This document shows, one piece after another, positions 39,430 to 50,138 of a DNA stretch of 64,000 nucleotides. The notes beneath the pieces are model-generated. The model searched no databases, was not told the origin of the DNA, and was given only the letters and a program-made list of their open reading frames with translations. How positions within the stretch are numbered: position 1 is the first letter of the stretch; every line of letters starts with the position of its first letter. The stretch is from NCBI GenBank assembly GCA_963827235.1, contig CAWHAE010000008.1, forward strand, positions 192,001-256,000. The letters are read 5' to 3'. A program made the translations under genes and the position numbers. The stretch comes from an uncultured bacterium (GTDB lineage Bacteria > Chloroflexota > UBA5177 > JANWHV01).

Positions 39430-40140
39430 CTAGAGCAGACGGTGTGGAGGTGGTGGAAGCACATTTTCCGGCCAGTGTTGCGCTCGCGTCGTAGTCGCCT
39501 TGTGCTCCCACCGCACGTAGACGTACGTAGCAGCGACAACTACCAGAAGAATGATCACGCCGATGTAGATGTTGTGCCGGAAGAACCTCATGGCATCCCA
39601 CCAGTGCTCGCCGAGCACTTGCCCGGCGACCAATAGGCCAAACGACCACACGAAGGCAGCGCCGGTCAAGACGAAGATGTAGAGACGGTACGGCACGCCG
39701 AAGATGCCGGCGAGCGCAGGCACGTACGCGCGAAGAATCGGCACCAGCGGTCCGTACATCAATATCGGCGTGCCGCGCCTGCCAATCCAGGCCTCGATGC
39801 GATCGATTCGCTCCGGTCGGAGCATGACGTACTTTCCATAACGATCGAGCGCGACGCGCCCATAGCGGCGGCTGACGTAGTAGAGCAGTGAGTTGCCCAT
39901 CAAGGTGGCCGCCATGGCGAAGAGGCCCATGAGCACCAGCGCGATCTTGCCCTGCGAGGCCAGGAAGCCGGCGCTGAGAAGTACAACCTCACTGGGCAAG
40001 ACAGGAAGCGGTACGCCCACCTCCTGAATCGCGATCAGGAAGAACACCAAGCAGTAGATCCAGAATCCGTCCGCGCCGCGAAGAACATCGATCGTGTGGC
40101 CGTCGGCGTCGCCGAGAAGACTCAGTAGCCACACGTTCAA
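39430..40140 (-). CDS. DedA-family membrane protein
   Basis: QEVGVPLPVLPSEVVLLSAGFL, GNSLLYYVSRRYG and VPILRAYVPALAG. Confidence 0.9.
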   Translation of the reverse strand: MNVWLLSLLGDADGHTIDVLRGADGFWIYCLVFFLIAIQEVGVPLPVLPSEVVLLSAGFLASQGKIALVLMGLFAMAATLMGNSLLYYVSRRYGRVALDRYGKYVMLRPERIDRIEAWIGRRGTPILMYGPLVPILRAYVPALAGIFGVPYRLYIFVLTGAAFVWSFGLLVAGQVLGEHWWDAMRFFRHNIYIGVIILLVVVAATYVYVRWEHKATTTRAQHWPENVLPPPPHRLL

Positions 40141-40344
40141 GGAACCATCTCTCCGTCCATTACTGCCTGTCGGGGCGCAACCCCTAGGATAGCAGAGGTA
40201 TCTCCACCAATATAGGGTACTTGCAGGTGATTCAAAACGCGCACGAGCCTGTTTCTGCTCTTTGGCGACTCGCCGGAGCCATTTGACGCCACCGCCAGTT
40301 CATTGGCACACTCCCACGGGACGGTGCCAACGGGAGGGACCTAG

Positions 40345-42522
40345 ATGGCCGCGGGTGGGCTGGCGGAGCGAATCGCGGGCGAGCTGTCGTTGCCTGCCCT
40401 CGGCGTCGGGCGCACGATTGCGCTCCTGGACGACGACAGCACAATTCCGTTTATCGCCCGTTACCGGAAGGAGATGACCGGCGGGCTCGACGAGGTCCAG
40501 ATCGGCGCCATCGAGCATCGCCTCGGTATCCTGCGCGCCTTGGAGCAGCGCCGAGCTGAGGTTCTGCGGCTGATTGGCGAACAGGGAAAGCTGACGGCCG
40601 AGCTGGAACGAGCAATTCGTGCCGCCGATACGCTTCAGATTCTGGAGGACTTGTATCTGCCGTATCGGCCGCGCCGCCGCACGCGCGCCATGATTGCACG
40701 CGAGCGTGGACTTGAGCCGCTCGCGGATCTCATGCGGAGCCAGGCGATCGGCGACCGCGCCGCGCTGGCCGCCCCGTTCGTCAACGAGGCGCGAGAAGTT
40801 CCGACTGCTGATGACGCGCTGGCCGGTGCACGCGACATCGTAGCCGAGACTATCTCAGAGGACGCCGGCGTTCGCGGGGACGTTCGCGGGCTGTATGCGA
40901 GCACGGCCACAGTTGCGGCGGTGATCGCAGACCCTTCTAAAGACCCTGAACGTACATATCAGCAGTACTACGAATTCAGTGGTCCGCTGGCGGCCATGGC
41001 TGCCCACCGTATCCTGGCGCTCAACCGGGCGGAGCGCGAGGGGGTGCTCAGGATATCGGTTTCCATTGACGAAGCCATGGCAGTGCAGGCAGTGTCGCGC
41101 ACCTTCGCCGCGGACGATCGCTCGGCATTTGCCGGCGATTTACGTCGCGCCGCGCTCGACGGCTTTCAGCGACTTCTCGGTCCTTCCCTGGAGCGGGAGA
41201 TGCGCGCGGAGCTGACGGAGCGGGCGGAGGCGCACGCGACAGAGGTGTTTGCGCGGAATCTCCGCCCGCTACTGCTTCAGCGACCACTGCGGGGACGCAC
41301 GGTCATCGGCATCGACCCCGGCTTCCGGACAGGGTGCAAAGTGGCTGTGGTAGACGAGACGGGCAAGCCCCTCGAGACCACCGTGATCTATCCACATCCG
41401 CCGCAGCATCGCCGTCTGGAAGCCAAGTCCGCGCTCAAGGGTCTGGTGGGCAAGCACGGCGCGACGGTCTTCGCAGTGGGCAGCGGAACGGCAGGCAGGG
41501 AAACCGAGGAGATGGTAGCGGAAATCGTGGCCGGTCTGCATGGCGAAATGAGCTATGCGATGGTCGACGAAGCTGGAGCCTCGGTCTACTCGGTATCTGA
41601 TATTGCCCGGGAGGAGTTCCCGGAACTCGAGGCAACCGACCGAGGAGCGATATCGATTGCCCGCCGCTTGCAGGATCCGCTGGCAGAATTGGTCAAGGTC
41701 GATCCGCGCGCCGTCGGTGTGGGCCTCTATCAGCATGACGTCGAGCAAAAGGCCCTTGCGGACGCCCTCGATCGCGTCGTGGAGAGCGCGGTGAGCTTCG
41801 CCGGCGTGGATCTGAACACGGCGTCCGCCGCTCTCCTCTACCGAGTCGCCGGCCTGAACCGCAAAGTGGCTTCCGCGATCGTGCGCTATCGCGAGGAGCA
41901 CGGCAAATTCAGGCGCAAAGCCGACCTGGCTAAAGTGCCGGGCATAGGGCCCCGCACGTTCGAGCAAGCGGCAGGCTTTCTGCAGGTGCCGGACGGTGTC
42001 GACGTGCTGGACAGAACGTTCATCCACCCGGAGAGCTATGCCGCGTGCCGCCGCCTGATGGAGGAGATTCCGCTCGCCACTGGCGATGAAGGTCTTTCGT
42101 CGCGAGCCTCTCGATTCGCGAAGTATCTTGCCGAGAATCCTCCGGAGAGACGGACGCTCTCCGCAAGGTTGGGTATCGGCGAGCCGACGCTGATCGATCT
42201 GCTCGAGAACCTTGCCCGTCCCGGAATCGACCCGCGGACGTCGCTTCCCGCTCCGCTCATGCGTACCGAGGCCCTTTCTCTTGAGTCGCTACAGCCGGGC
42301 ACTGTTCTGCCTGGTACGGTGAGGAATGTGGTGGACTTCGGCGCGTTCGTCGACATAGGACTCAAGCAGGCCGGTCTCGTGCACGTTTCTGAGCTCGCGG
42401 ACCGTTTCGTGTCCTCTCCGCTCGACGTGGTGGCCGTCGGCCAGGTGGTGACGGTGCGCGTGGTGTCGGTGGATGCGGCCCGCGGCCGGATCGCCCTGTC
42501 CATGCGCGGCGCGCGGCGCTGA
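40345..42522 (+). CDS. tex: Tex-family RNA-binding transcriptional accessory protein
   Basis: TIPFIARYRKEMTG, LEDLYLPY, GIDPGFRTGCK, ISIARRLQDPLAELVK and a C-terminal S1 domain (VDFGAFVDIG). Confidence 0.95.
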   Translation: MAAGGLAERIAGELSLPALGVGRTIALLDDDSTIPFIARYRKEMTGGLDEVQIGAIEHRLGILRALEQRRAEVLRLIGEQGKLTAELERAIRAADTLQILEDLYLPYRPRRRTRAMIARERGLEPLADLMRSQAIGDRAALAAPFVNEAREVPTADDALAGARDIVAETISEDAGVRGDVRGLYASTATVAAVIADPSKDPERTYQQYYEFSGPLAAMAAHRILALNRAEREGVLRISVSIDEAMAVQAVSRTFAADDRSAFAGDLRRAALDGFQRLLGPSLEREMRAELTERAEAHATEVFARNLRPLLLQRPLRGRTVIGIDPGFRTGCKVAVVDETGKPLETTVIYPHPPQHRRLEAKSALKGLVGKHGATVFAVGSGTAGRETEEMVAEIVAGLHGEMSYAMVDEAGASVYSVSDIAREEFPELEATDRGAISIARRLQDPLAELVKVDPRAVGVGLYQHDVEQKALADALDRVVESAVSFAGVDLNTASAALLYRVAGLNRKVASAIVRYREEHGKFRRKADLAKVPGIGPRTFEQAAGFLQVPDGVDVLDRTFIHPESYAACRRLMEEIPLATGDEGLSSRASRFAKYLAENPPERRTLSARLGIGEPTLIDLLENLARPGIDPRTSLPAPLMRTEALSLESLQPGTVLPGTVRNVVDFGAFVDIGLKQAGLVHVSELADRFVSSPLDVVAVGQVVTVRVVSVDAARGRIALSMRGARR

Positions 42523-42705
42523 CAGCCAGCTCTTACAGAGGTGCTTGCGCGCTGGAGTCCGCGGAGCAGCCGGGCTGTCCTCCGGCTCGATGGTTTCGCC
42601 ACCATCACAGGCATTCTGTATCCTAGGATCAGTATGGCATCCTGTGCCCGCGCCCCATGCGAGGCCGATAGCGCTGCCGCGACAGCTTGAGCGAATACGA
42701 GGAAC

Positions 42706-44204
42706 ATGGCTGCCCAAGGGCATAACCTGCGCGCATTCGGTGCCGCTGCTCTGAGCCCCACCGCACTGTGGCGCACGCTTCGCTCGATGACGTTCGCCAT
42801 CGTCATGCTGTTGGTGATTCTCTGCATTGTGATTGCCGGCAGCTTCATGCCGCAGGACAACGGCATCAGGCTGGTCTATCAGTCGTGGTGGTTCTACGGT
42901 CTGAACTTCGTGCTCATGCTCAGTATCGTGAGCTGCGTGGCACGCCGCGTTCCCGCCGTATTTCGCTCGTCGTTTCGCGTGCCTGTCATGCACAGGCCCG
43001 ACTTCTACCGCGTGGGAGACACGGCGCGCCAAGTCTCCGCGCCCGTCGACGTCGATCGTACTGCCGACGCGGTGGAACGTGTCCTGCGAGCAAGCCATTA
43101 TCGCGTTGCCGTGAGAAGAGACGGTTCGGACGTTTACTTGCTGTCCGACCGCTTCCGCGCCATGCGCTTGGGTACCCTGGTGTCCCACGCGAGCATCGTG
43201 CTTATGGTCGCGGCCATTGCCTGGGGAGCGCTCGCGGGCTGGCTGGACAGGTCGGTTCAGCTTGAGGCGGGCGGCCCGGCCGTGGCAGTGGGCCACGGCA
43301 CAGGGCTGCTGATCAGATCCGACTCGTTCGACTTTGGGTTGTACCCAAACGGCACACCGCGCAACTTCGCCGACGATCTAACCATCATCGAGAATGGCGG
43401 TGCCGGGCCGTCGCGTCACCAGAGAATTGACGTCAACTCCCCGTGGTATTACGGCGGCATGTTCGGCGTAGACGTCCACCAGGCCGACTATGGCATCGGC
43501 GCCCGGCTGCTGGCCATCGACACGTCCGACAAGAAGCCGGCTCTGCTGCCATACTGCCTCGTGCAGTTTTCGTCACAGCCCGACTGCACGCAGGAGGCCC
43601 CTGCCCTGCTGTTGCAGCCGGCGGGAGACGGCAGCTACACAGCCGGCGGGTGGCGGCTTGGCCGCATTCTACCTGCCTGATCAGGACCTCGCTGTCACGC
43701 TCTCCTTCCACGACGCGGTGCCTGAGCAGCATCTCGGCGATCTGGCGGTCATCACCGTGGTCAGGCCGCCGCGAAAGTCGGGACAGAGCATGAGCATCGT
43801 CAAAGAGGCGCTCGACGTGCCGGTGTCGCTGCACAGCTTCAACGGCCGGCAGGAAATGGTCACGGACCGGCCTATCGACGTGGGCAGCCTCCGCCTTGCC
43901 ATGCTGATCCGCCGAGAGTCCTTTATCAATATCGGGCACAATCCGGCGGTGCCGTTCTATCTTCACATCATTTGCGCTGATTCTGCTCGGCTTGGTCAGC
44001 GTTCTCTACTTTCCGTTCAGCAGGATGTGGCTGTATGTGACGCCTGCGGGCGATTCGCGCACGGGAAGCACGATTCTGATGCGCGGCTCGGCCGAGAAGA
44101 CGAAGCAAGGCTTCAGGCGACGATTTAGTGACATTGCCGCGCGCATAGAGCGCGAGCTGGCAGCGATATCTAGTGGCCATCATTCGGGGAGCGGAGAAGC
44201 ATGA
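42706..44204 (+). CDS. resB: cytochrome c biogenesis protein ResB (apparent +1 indels at ~43649 and ~43958)
   Basis: LRSMTFAIVMLL...GSFMPQ, VYQSWWF, LVSHASIV and IDVNSP. Continues across frames to HNPAVPF(I)FTSFALILLGLVSVLYFPFSRMW. ATGA overlap with resC. Confidence 0.82.
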
Positions 44205-45358
44205 GCCAGGACCAGTTGCTCAATATCTCGTCGACCAGTCTCTTCCTGGGCTTTTGGCTCTATGCCATCAGCCTCGTTTTCTATGTCGCGCACGCCATCG
44301 CGCCCGAGCTCCAAGCCGCGCCGGCAGGGCTGGCGCAGCGCGGTGGATCGCTTGCGTTGGGGGCGTCTGAGGAACCGGTCTTCAGCCGCGCCCGTCTCGG
44401 GCTCACAGCCACCAGCGTAGCGTACCTTGGCTACCTGCTAATGACTCTCGGCTTGGGAACCCGCTGGGACGCACAGGGCTACTGGCCGGTCGCCAACGCT
44501 TTTGAGGCACCTCTCGCCTTCGCCTGGATGATCATGACCGTGTACCTCATCGCAGAGGTGCGTATGCGCACTCGCATCGTCGGCTGGGCCACTCTGCTGA
44601 TAGCGCTCGGGTTATCCGGCTACTCCCTGTTTGCCTTCGGTTCCGGAAGCAGGGTGATCGATCCGCTCAAGCCGGCACTGCAGAGCTTCTGGCTGCAGAT
44701 TCACGTTGGTATGGCCATGCTTTCGTATAGTTTCTTTGCCCTGGGCGGTGCGCTGAGTCTGACCTATCTGGCGCGCACGGGGGCCTGGCGACGACCGCAG
44801 ACCTTCTATCTCGCCGTGTGGCCGTTCGCGATCGTGCTGGCAATTCTGGCCGGCATCTACATCGGGCGGTGGCCTGGCAGCGGTAATGCCGTGAGCGTAG
44901 GCAAGGTTGCCGGGATCGGCTGCGAAGCAGTGCTGTTCCTGCTGCTTGCCGTCGGAGCGCGACTTACCCTGGCGCCGCGAGTGGCCCGCGCTGCTCCGGA
45001 GTTCAGAGTCTCGGGTGCGGACGCGGAGCTGCTGGACCAGCTCGACGAATGGGGCTACCGTGCGATCGCCCTCGGCGTACCCATGATCGCCTTCGTCTTG
45101 ATGTCCGGCGCGATCTGGGCCCAGATGGCCTGGAGCACCTTCTGGAGCTGGGATCCCAAGGAGGTGTGGGCGCTCATTACCTTCATATACTATGCACTGT
45201 ACGTGCACGTGCGGGTGCAGCGCGGTTGGCGAGGCGCGCCCATGGCTGCGCTGGGTGTGATCGGCTTCGCCATCGTGCTCATTAGCTTCCTCGGGCTTGC
45301 CTACATCGTCGGCACGTTCCAGATCTTCAGCCTGCATACGTTCGGCAACGTGCAGTGA
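44201..45358 (+). CDS. ccsA: cytochrome c biogenesis protein ResC/CcsA (system II)
   Basis: PALQSFWLQIHV, GAIWAQMAWSTFWSWDPKEVWALIT (WWD domain) and terminal SLHTF. Confidence 0.94.
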   Translation: MSQDQLLNISSTSLFLGFWLYAISLVFYVAHAIAPELQAAPAGLAQRGGSLALGASEEPVFSRARLGLTATSVAYLGYLLMTLGLGTRWDAQGYWPVANAFEAPLAFAWMIMTVYLIAEVRMRTRIVGWATLLIALGLSGYSLFAFGSGSRVIDPLKPALQSFWLQIHVGMAMLSYSFFALGGALSLTYLARTGAWRRPQTFYLAVWPFAIVLAILAGIYIGRWPGSGNAVSVGKVAGIGCEAVLFLLLAVGARLTLAPRVARAAPEFRVSGADAELLDQLDEWGYRAIALGVPMIAFVLMSGAIWAQMAWSTFWSWDPKEVWALITFIYYALYVHVRVQRGWRGAPMAALGVIGFAIVLISFLGLAYIVGTFQIFSLHTFGNVQ

Positions 45359-45435
45359 TCGCTGCGCTTGACCGCTAACGCTCTCATCGGCCACGCTTAA
45401 GCCCAGGAGGATCCGATGAGTACACGCGACGATAC

Positions 45436-46569
45436 ATGGCGCATCCGGACCCAGCGTCCGGTACGGGCGGGATGATGGCGAGCCAACAGTTCAAGGCCAT
45501 ACTCTTTAGCGGGGGCGCCGGCTCCCGGCTCTGGCCGCTGAGCCGGCGATCGCGACCCAAGCAGTTCCAACCGCTGCTCGGCACACACTCGCTGTTTCAG
45601 CTCATGGTCGGCCGTTTGGAGCGCCTGATCGGCATCGACAACGTCTTTGTTTCCACGGGCGCCACGTATCGCGACATCGTGCTGGAGCAGGTTCCAAGTC
45701 TGCCGCCGGGCAACGTGCTCGCCGAGCCCGAGATGCGCGACACGCTCGGCGCGGTCGGCTACGCCGTGGCAGTGCTGAACGATCGCTATCCCGGGTCGAC
45801 TATTGCCACGCTCTGGGGCGCCGATCACATCGTGCGCAGGGACGACGAATTCGTCGCCTGCCTTGCAGCTGCTCACGAGCTTGCCAGCGAGCGCGATTGG
45901 GTCGTCAAGGTTGACGTGCGGCCCACGTGGCCAAGCACGGCACTCGGCTATATCGAATACGGCGAGTGGCGCGCCGACGCCGCCGGGAGAGCGGTTTACG
46001 CGTTCAAGCGGCAGGTAGAGAAGCCATCGGCAGACTTGGCTCGCGAGCTGATCGCCGCCGGCAACTATCTCTGGAACACCGGATACATTGTCTGGAAGGC
46101 GGAGACGATTCTAAGCCTCTACGAAGAGCATGCTCCCGAGGCCTCGGCGATCCTGAAGGATATCGTGCTCGCTCTGCACGGGCCATCGCCGGAGGCCGAG
46201 GTGGCGGCGCTGTACGCGCAGCTACCCAAGCTCTCTATCGATAAAGGCATCTTCGAGAAGATGAGCGGCGCCAACATGGTCGTTATGCCCGCCGACCTCG
46301 GATGGGGCGATGTCGGAGCGTGGGACGTACTGCGCGACGAGCTGGTCGAGCCGGCGACGGGAAACGCGGTGCACGCTCGTCACCTGGCCATCGATACGAA
46401 CAACTGCTTGGTCTATGGCCCTGCGGACAAGACGGTTGTTACTATCGGCGTCGAAGATCTCATAGTCGTCGACACCGGCGACGCGCTGCTCGTATGTTCC
46501 GCGAAACGCTCTCAGGACGTTAAGAAGATCGTTCAGATGCTCGAGCAGGATATTCCCGAGCTGCTCTAG
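45436..46569 (+). CDS. mannose-1-phosphate guanylyltransferase (start may be 45472)
   Basis: SGGAGSRLWPLSR...PKQF, EPEMRDT, ADH, VEKP, WNTG, SIDKGIFEK and WGDVGAW. Confidence 0.92.
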   Translation: MAHPDPASGTGGMMASQQFKAILFSGGAGSRLWPLSRRSRPKQFQPLLGTHSLFQLMVGRLERLIGIDNVFVSTGATYRDIVLEQVPSLPPGNVLAEPEMRDTLGAVGYAVAVLNDRYPGSTIATLWGADHIVRRDDEFVACLAAAHELASERDWVVKVDVRPTWPSTALGYIEYGEWRADAAGRAVYAFKRQVEKPSADLARELIAAGNYLWNTGYIVWKAETILSLYEEHAPEASAILKDIVLALHGPSPEAEVAALYAQLPKLSIDKGIFEKMSGANMVVMPADLGWGDVGAWDVLRDELVEPATGNAVHARHLAIDTNNCLVYGPADKTVVTIGVEDLIVVDTGDALLVCSAKRSQDVKKIVQMLEQDIPELL

Positions 46570-46711
46570 CCGTTCTCGATACCTGCCTCGTGCTACCAGT
46601 ACCGGCCAGTGGCGAGAGCACGGAGTCCAGGCCCCGGTGAGTCCTGCACCTGTGTCGTGCTGCCCTGGACTGGTGGCCGGCTGCTGCCCCGATTCGTCGG
46701 GCATTCGCCGC

Positions 46712-46740
46712 TTGACGATCTCTCCGGCAGCAGATATATT
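46712..46740 (+). promoter_or_regulatory. sigma70-type promoter of tRNA-Asn
   Basis: TTGACG-N17-TATATT. Confidence 0.7.
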
Positions 46741-46772
46741 ACCTCTCGCGGCGCCGAAACGCCGTCACCCGA

Positions 46773-46844
46773 TCCCCGCTAGCTCAACGGTAGAGCGGCC
46801 GGCTGTTAACCGGTAGGTTGTTGGTTCGAATCCAGCGCGGGGAG
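46773..46844 (+). tRNA. tRNA-Asn (GTT); CCA not encoded
   Basis: Cloverleaf: TCCCCGC/GCGGGGA acceptor, GCTC-AACGGTA-GAGC D arm, GCCGG-CTGTTAA-CCGGT anticodon arm, GTTGG-TTCGAAT-CCAGC T arm. Confidence 0.97.
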
Positions 46845-46855
46845 CAAGTTTGCAG

Positions 46856-46892
46856 GTGCCGCCGGGGTTCCCTCGGCGGCACGTGTGTTTTT
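46856..46892 (+). terminator. intrinsic terminator after the tRNA
   Basis: GTGCCGCCGGGG-tt-CCCTCGGCGGCAC followed by GTGTGTTTTT. Confidence 0.7.
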
Positions 46893-46961
46893 GTCGAGCC
46901 TGGCCAGGGCGCCGCCGAGCGGGCGCGGCTGCCCGGCCGTTTGGTAAGGGATGTGGGCGAT

Positions 46962-47999
46962 ATGGCACGCTACCTGATCACCGGCGGGGCCGGATTCCTC
47001 GGCATCAATCTTGCTCGCTATTTGCTGGCTCGCAGCCACGAGGTAGTCTCGCAGGACATCGCGGAGTTCGACTATCCGGAGCACGATCGTGTCGTGGTCC
47101 ACACGACCGACATTCGCGATCGCGGCGCGGTGGATCGCGCCATGGAAGGCGTGACAGTTGTCGTACATTGCGCGGCCGCTCTCCCGCTCTACAAGAAGTC
47201 CGACATCTACACCACGGACGTGCTGGGTACCCGAAACGTACTGGAGTCGGCGCTCCAACATGGGGTCGACCGTTTCATTCAGATTTCGTCCACGGCGGTT
47301 TACGGCATCCCCGATCACCACCCGCTGCTGGAGGACGATCGCCTCGACGGCGTGGGTCACTACGGGCGAGCGAAGATCAAGGCGGAGCGGGTATGTCTGG
47401 GCTATCGCCAGAAGGGCATGTGCGTGCCCATCCTGCGCCCGAAGTCGTTCGTGGGCCCGGAGCGGTTAGGTGTGTTCGCTCTGTTCTACGACTGGGCGAA
47501 GGACGGCAAGGGTTTCCCCATGATTGGAGATGGCAGCAACCGCTACCAGCTTCTCGACGTCGATGATCTGTGCGATGCCATCTACCTTTGTGCAACGGGT
47601 GACAAGGAGCGGGTCAGCGCAACATTCAATATTGGTGCTGCCCAGTTCACCACCATGCGCGAGGACTATCAGGCGGTGCTCGACGAGGCAGGGTTCGGCA
47701 AGAAGATACGCGGCTTTCCAGCGGCGCCTATGATCTGGGCTCTACGGTTTCTTTCGCTGGTCCATCTGTCGCCGCTGTACAAGTGGGTGTACGAAACGGC
47801 CTCGAAGGATTCCTTCGTCTCCATAGACCGCGCCACATCTGTGCTGGGCTGGTCGCCTAAGTACTCCAACAAAGACGCACTCGTGCGCAACTACCGGTGG
47901 TATCTGCAGAACCTCGATCGCTTCGGCTCCACATCGGGCGTGTCCCACAGGGTGCCGTGGAAGCAGGGCGTGCTGCGCTTCGCCAAGGTGCTTTTCTAG
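46962..47999 (+). CDS. NAD-dependent epimerase/dehydratase (extended SDR)
   Basis: YLITGGAGFLG, HCAA, ISSTAVYG and YGRAK. Confidence 0.92.
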   Translation: MARYLITGGAGFLGINLARYLLARSHEVVSQDIAEFDYPEHDRVVVHTTDIRDRGAVDRAMEGVTVVVHCAAALPLYKKSDIYTTDVLGTRNVLESALQHGVDRFIQISSTAVYGIPDHHPLLEDDRLDGVGHYGRAKIKAERVCLGYRQKGMCVPILRPKSFVGPERLGVFALFYDWAKDGKGFPMIGDGSNRYQLLDVDDLCDAIYLCATGDKERVSATFNIGAAQFTTMREDYQAVLDEAGFGKKIRGFPAAPMIWALRFLSLVHLSPLYKWVYETASKDSFVSIDRATSVLGWSPKYSNKDALVRNYRWYLQNLDRFGSTSGVSHRVPWKQGVLRFAKVLF

Positions 48000-48198
48000 C
48001 CCGATCACAGTCTTTCACGTATGATCGAAGTGGCCGAGCTATCGGCCATGCGCCAGAATGTCCCTCGAGCCACGCGCACGTCGATTCCGCGTGGCTCTGT
48101 TGTGCCCGGTGCATGAGCGGGACTGGAAGCCGCCAGGCTGCCCGGCAGGCGTCGACGAGCCGTGGCCGGTGACACGCGATTGGGAGTGCTGTCTTCGC

Positions 48199-48384
48199 AT
48201 GGTCAAGAACGTCGTGACACCCTTCAACGTCTTCTCGTTCTTCTCGTTTATCCTGCTCGTGGCTATCGCCCTGCTCGTACATGGCAGTCCGCTTCCGAAG
48301 TTCGGCCTGGCAGCCGCGAGCGCAGCGTGCGGTTTCATCCTGATAGCCACGTTCTTGGTGTGGACGATGCTGCAGGGAGACTGA
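48199..48384 (+). CDS. small two-TM hypothetical protein, 61 aa
   Basis: GGGAG upstream. MVKNVVTPFNVFSFFSFILLVAIALLV...AACGFILIATFLVWTMLQGD. Confidence 0.6.
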   Translation: MVKNVVTPFNVFSFFSFILLVAIALLVHGSPLPKFGLAAASAACGFILIATFLVWTMLQGD

Positions 48385-48421
48385 GCGAGACGCGCTCCTC
48401 CGGCCGCGACCCAGGAAGTCC

Positions 48422-48859
48422 CTACGCCCTAGGATAGTCGGGAGGATACTCCGCCAGTTGCTCCTCGGCCATGCTAACGTGGAGAGGAATCCTCCCCAGG
48501 TCCAGGCCGCCGCTCAGCATGCGGAACTCATATCTGCCTACCTGCTCGAGCGGCAGCATCGTGATCTCGGCGATCAGGTTGCCGTTGCCTTGCGACACCT
48601 GTTCGGGATCTACTTGAATGCTCTCGTGCATGAGCATGCGACCGTCGGGAGCAATCAGGTCCATCTCCACGGAGCCGGACGAAGTGGCGCCTTGAAGTAC
48701 ACAGACGAGGAAGAACCGCGGGTGTTGCGCCGGAAGCCTTACCACGGCGATGTGATCGAAGATACCTATAACGCTCAGCTTGCCGTCTTGACCGATCAGA
48801 GCGTGGTCGCACAGAACGCCAAGTCGAATGTTCAGGCTGCCGAGTGAACGATCGAGCAA
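48422..48859 (-). CDS. hypothetical protein, DUF6941-like
   Basis: AAGGAG plus TTG start. LCDHALIGQDGKLSVIGIFDHI...G.YEFR. Confidence 0.7.
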   Translation of the reverse strand: MLDRSLGSLNIRLGVLCDHALIGQDGKLSVIGIFDHIAVVRLPAQHPRFFLVCVLQGATSSGSVEMDLIAPDGRMLMHESIQVDPEQVSQGNGNLIAEITMLPLEQVGRYEFRMLSGGLDLGRIPLHVSMAEEQLAEYPPDYPRA

Positions 48860-48900
48860 TGGGGGCTCCTTCCAGGCAGACGGCAATGGGCTCGCGACCC

Positions 48901-49275
48901 TCAGCGGTTCGGTGCGACTTCGCCGAAAACACCCGCGGCCACGAATCGGCTGTCGTAGTGAATGTCGTTGGGCATGAGAGAGGTCGGACCATCCGGCACT
49001 GTCACCAGGAGTTCCCCATTTGAATGCACCCTGAGCGTGGCCTTCATGGTCGCGCTGTCGTCCACGCCCTCGATAAAGTACCTGAAGCGGCGCGGCCGGC
49101 CCTTGAACGTGAACCTGATCTCAAATGCAGGCGCGGCGGCGGCCGGCCGGTGAAACGGGCCCCGCCGAGGCGCCGCGGAATGCTGTGGTATCAGCGGTCG
49201 CTGCACCGAAGTCACGCCGGCTCTTCCGCTCAACCAGTCCGCCAGATCGTTGGCCAGCGCTCCGAAGTCGTCCAA
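48901..49275 (-). CDS. hypothetical protein
   Basis: GGAGG RBS plus TTG start, protein-like composition, co-oriented with neighbours. Confidence 0.6.
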   Translation of the reverse strand: MDDFGALANDLADWLSGRAGVTSVQRPLIPQHSAAPRRGPFHRPAAAAPAFEIRFTFKGRPRRFRYFIEGVDDSATMKATLRVHSNGELLVTVPDGPTSLMPNDIHYDSRFVAAGVFGEVAPNR

Positions 49276-49436
49276 TCATACCTCCAGCCAGGAGTCGGCT
49301 CAAGAACGGAAGCTGAGCAGGCGAGGACGTATCGGGCTCGCCGGCCTGGGCGCCCTTTGACGCTCCTGCTTCTCGTGTGAACCAGCATACTGCCCTTGGG
49401 AAGAATACAGGGCCCGGCCGCCCACGGCAACCGCGA

Positions 49437-49784
49437 TCAGCTCGATTTCGCCAGCCGGGGCCGCAGGATGTGAACTTGCTCCTTGAGGTAGGCACGCAGC
49501 CAGGCTCGATCGGGCACACATGCCTGGGAGACGACCGTGTGTCCTACCATCACGACCGGTGCACGCCAGCCGCCGCGCACGAAGGCCTCCAAGAAATGGG
49601 AGGGCCAGGAGCGGGTTCGCACGTCGAAGTACCACTGGCCCAGCTCTTTGACGACGCCCTCGACTAACGCCAGCGTGATCTGACACTCATGATGGCACTG
49701 GCTCCGTCGCCGGCTCGGTCCATCGCTGCGCATGTAGACGGTGATCTGGATCCGCTCTCGTGACAGGTGGATGATCTCTCCCAT
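49437..49784 (-). CDS. hypothetical protein, possible thioredoxin/glutaredoxin-like fold
   Basis: GGGAGG RBS. ITVY...CHHEC...GGWRAPVVMVG..VVSQ..VPD. Confidence 0.6.
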   Translation of the reverse strand: MGEIIHLSRERIQITVYMRSDGPSRRRSQCHHECQITLALVEGVVKELGQWYFDVRTRSWPSHFLEAFVRGGWRAPVVMVGHTVVSQACVPDRAWLRAYLKEQVHILRPRLAKSS

Positions 49785-50138
49785 CGTAGAACCTCCCTTT
49801 CACCACGTGAGCCGGCCACTCGATCGCTCAACTCCGATGGCCCGGATTCCTGATGACCCGACCCCGGCGTCCCGGCAGCCACTCTGATGTCCGGCGCTTC
49901 GTCCTCGAACGCCGTCAACTCTCGCACAAGTATAGCATCGTGCGATCGCGGGCCTTATCCCCTAGCAGTCCTATCATATACCTCTGGCGAGCCGGCGGCA
50001 CGACCTACCGCAGCTTTGTTTCGATTTGGAGTGAAATACCAGTGCGATTGCGGCACCGCGTGCCCCAGGAAGCCAAAGAACCCGGCACGGTCGTCAACCA
50101 TGCCGGGTTCCTGCCTCAAGCTCGGGCCTTGCTGCCGG

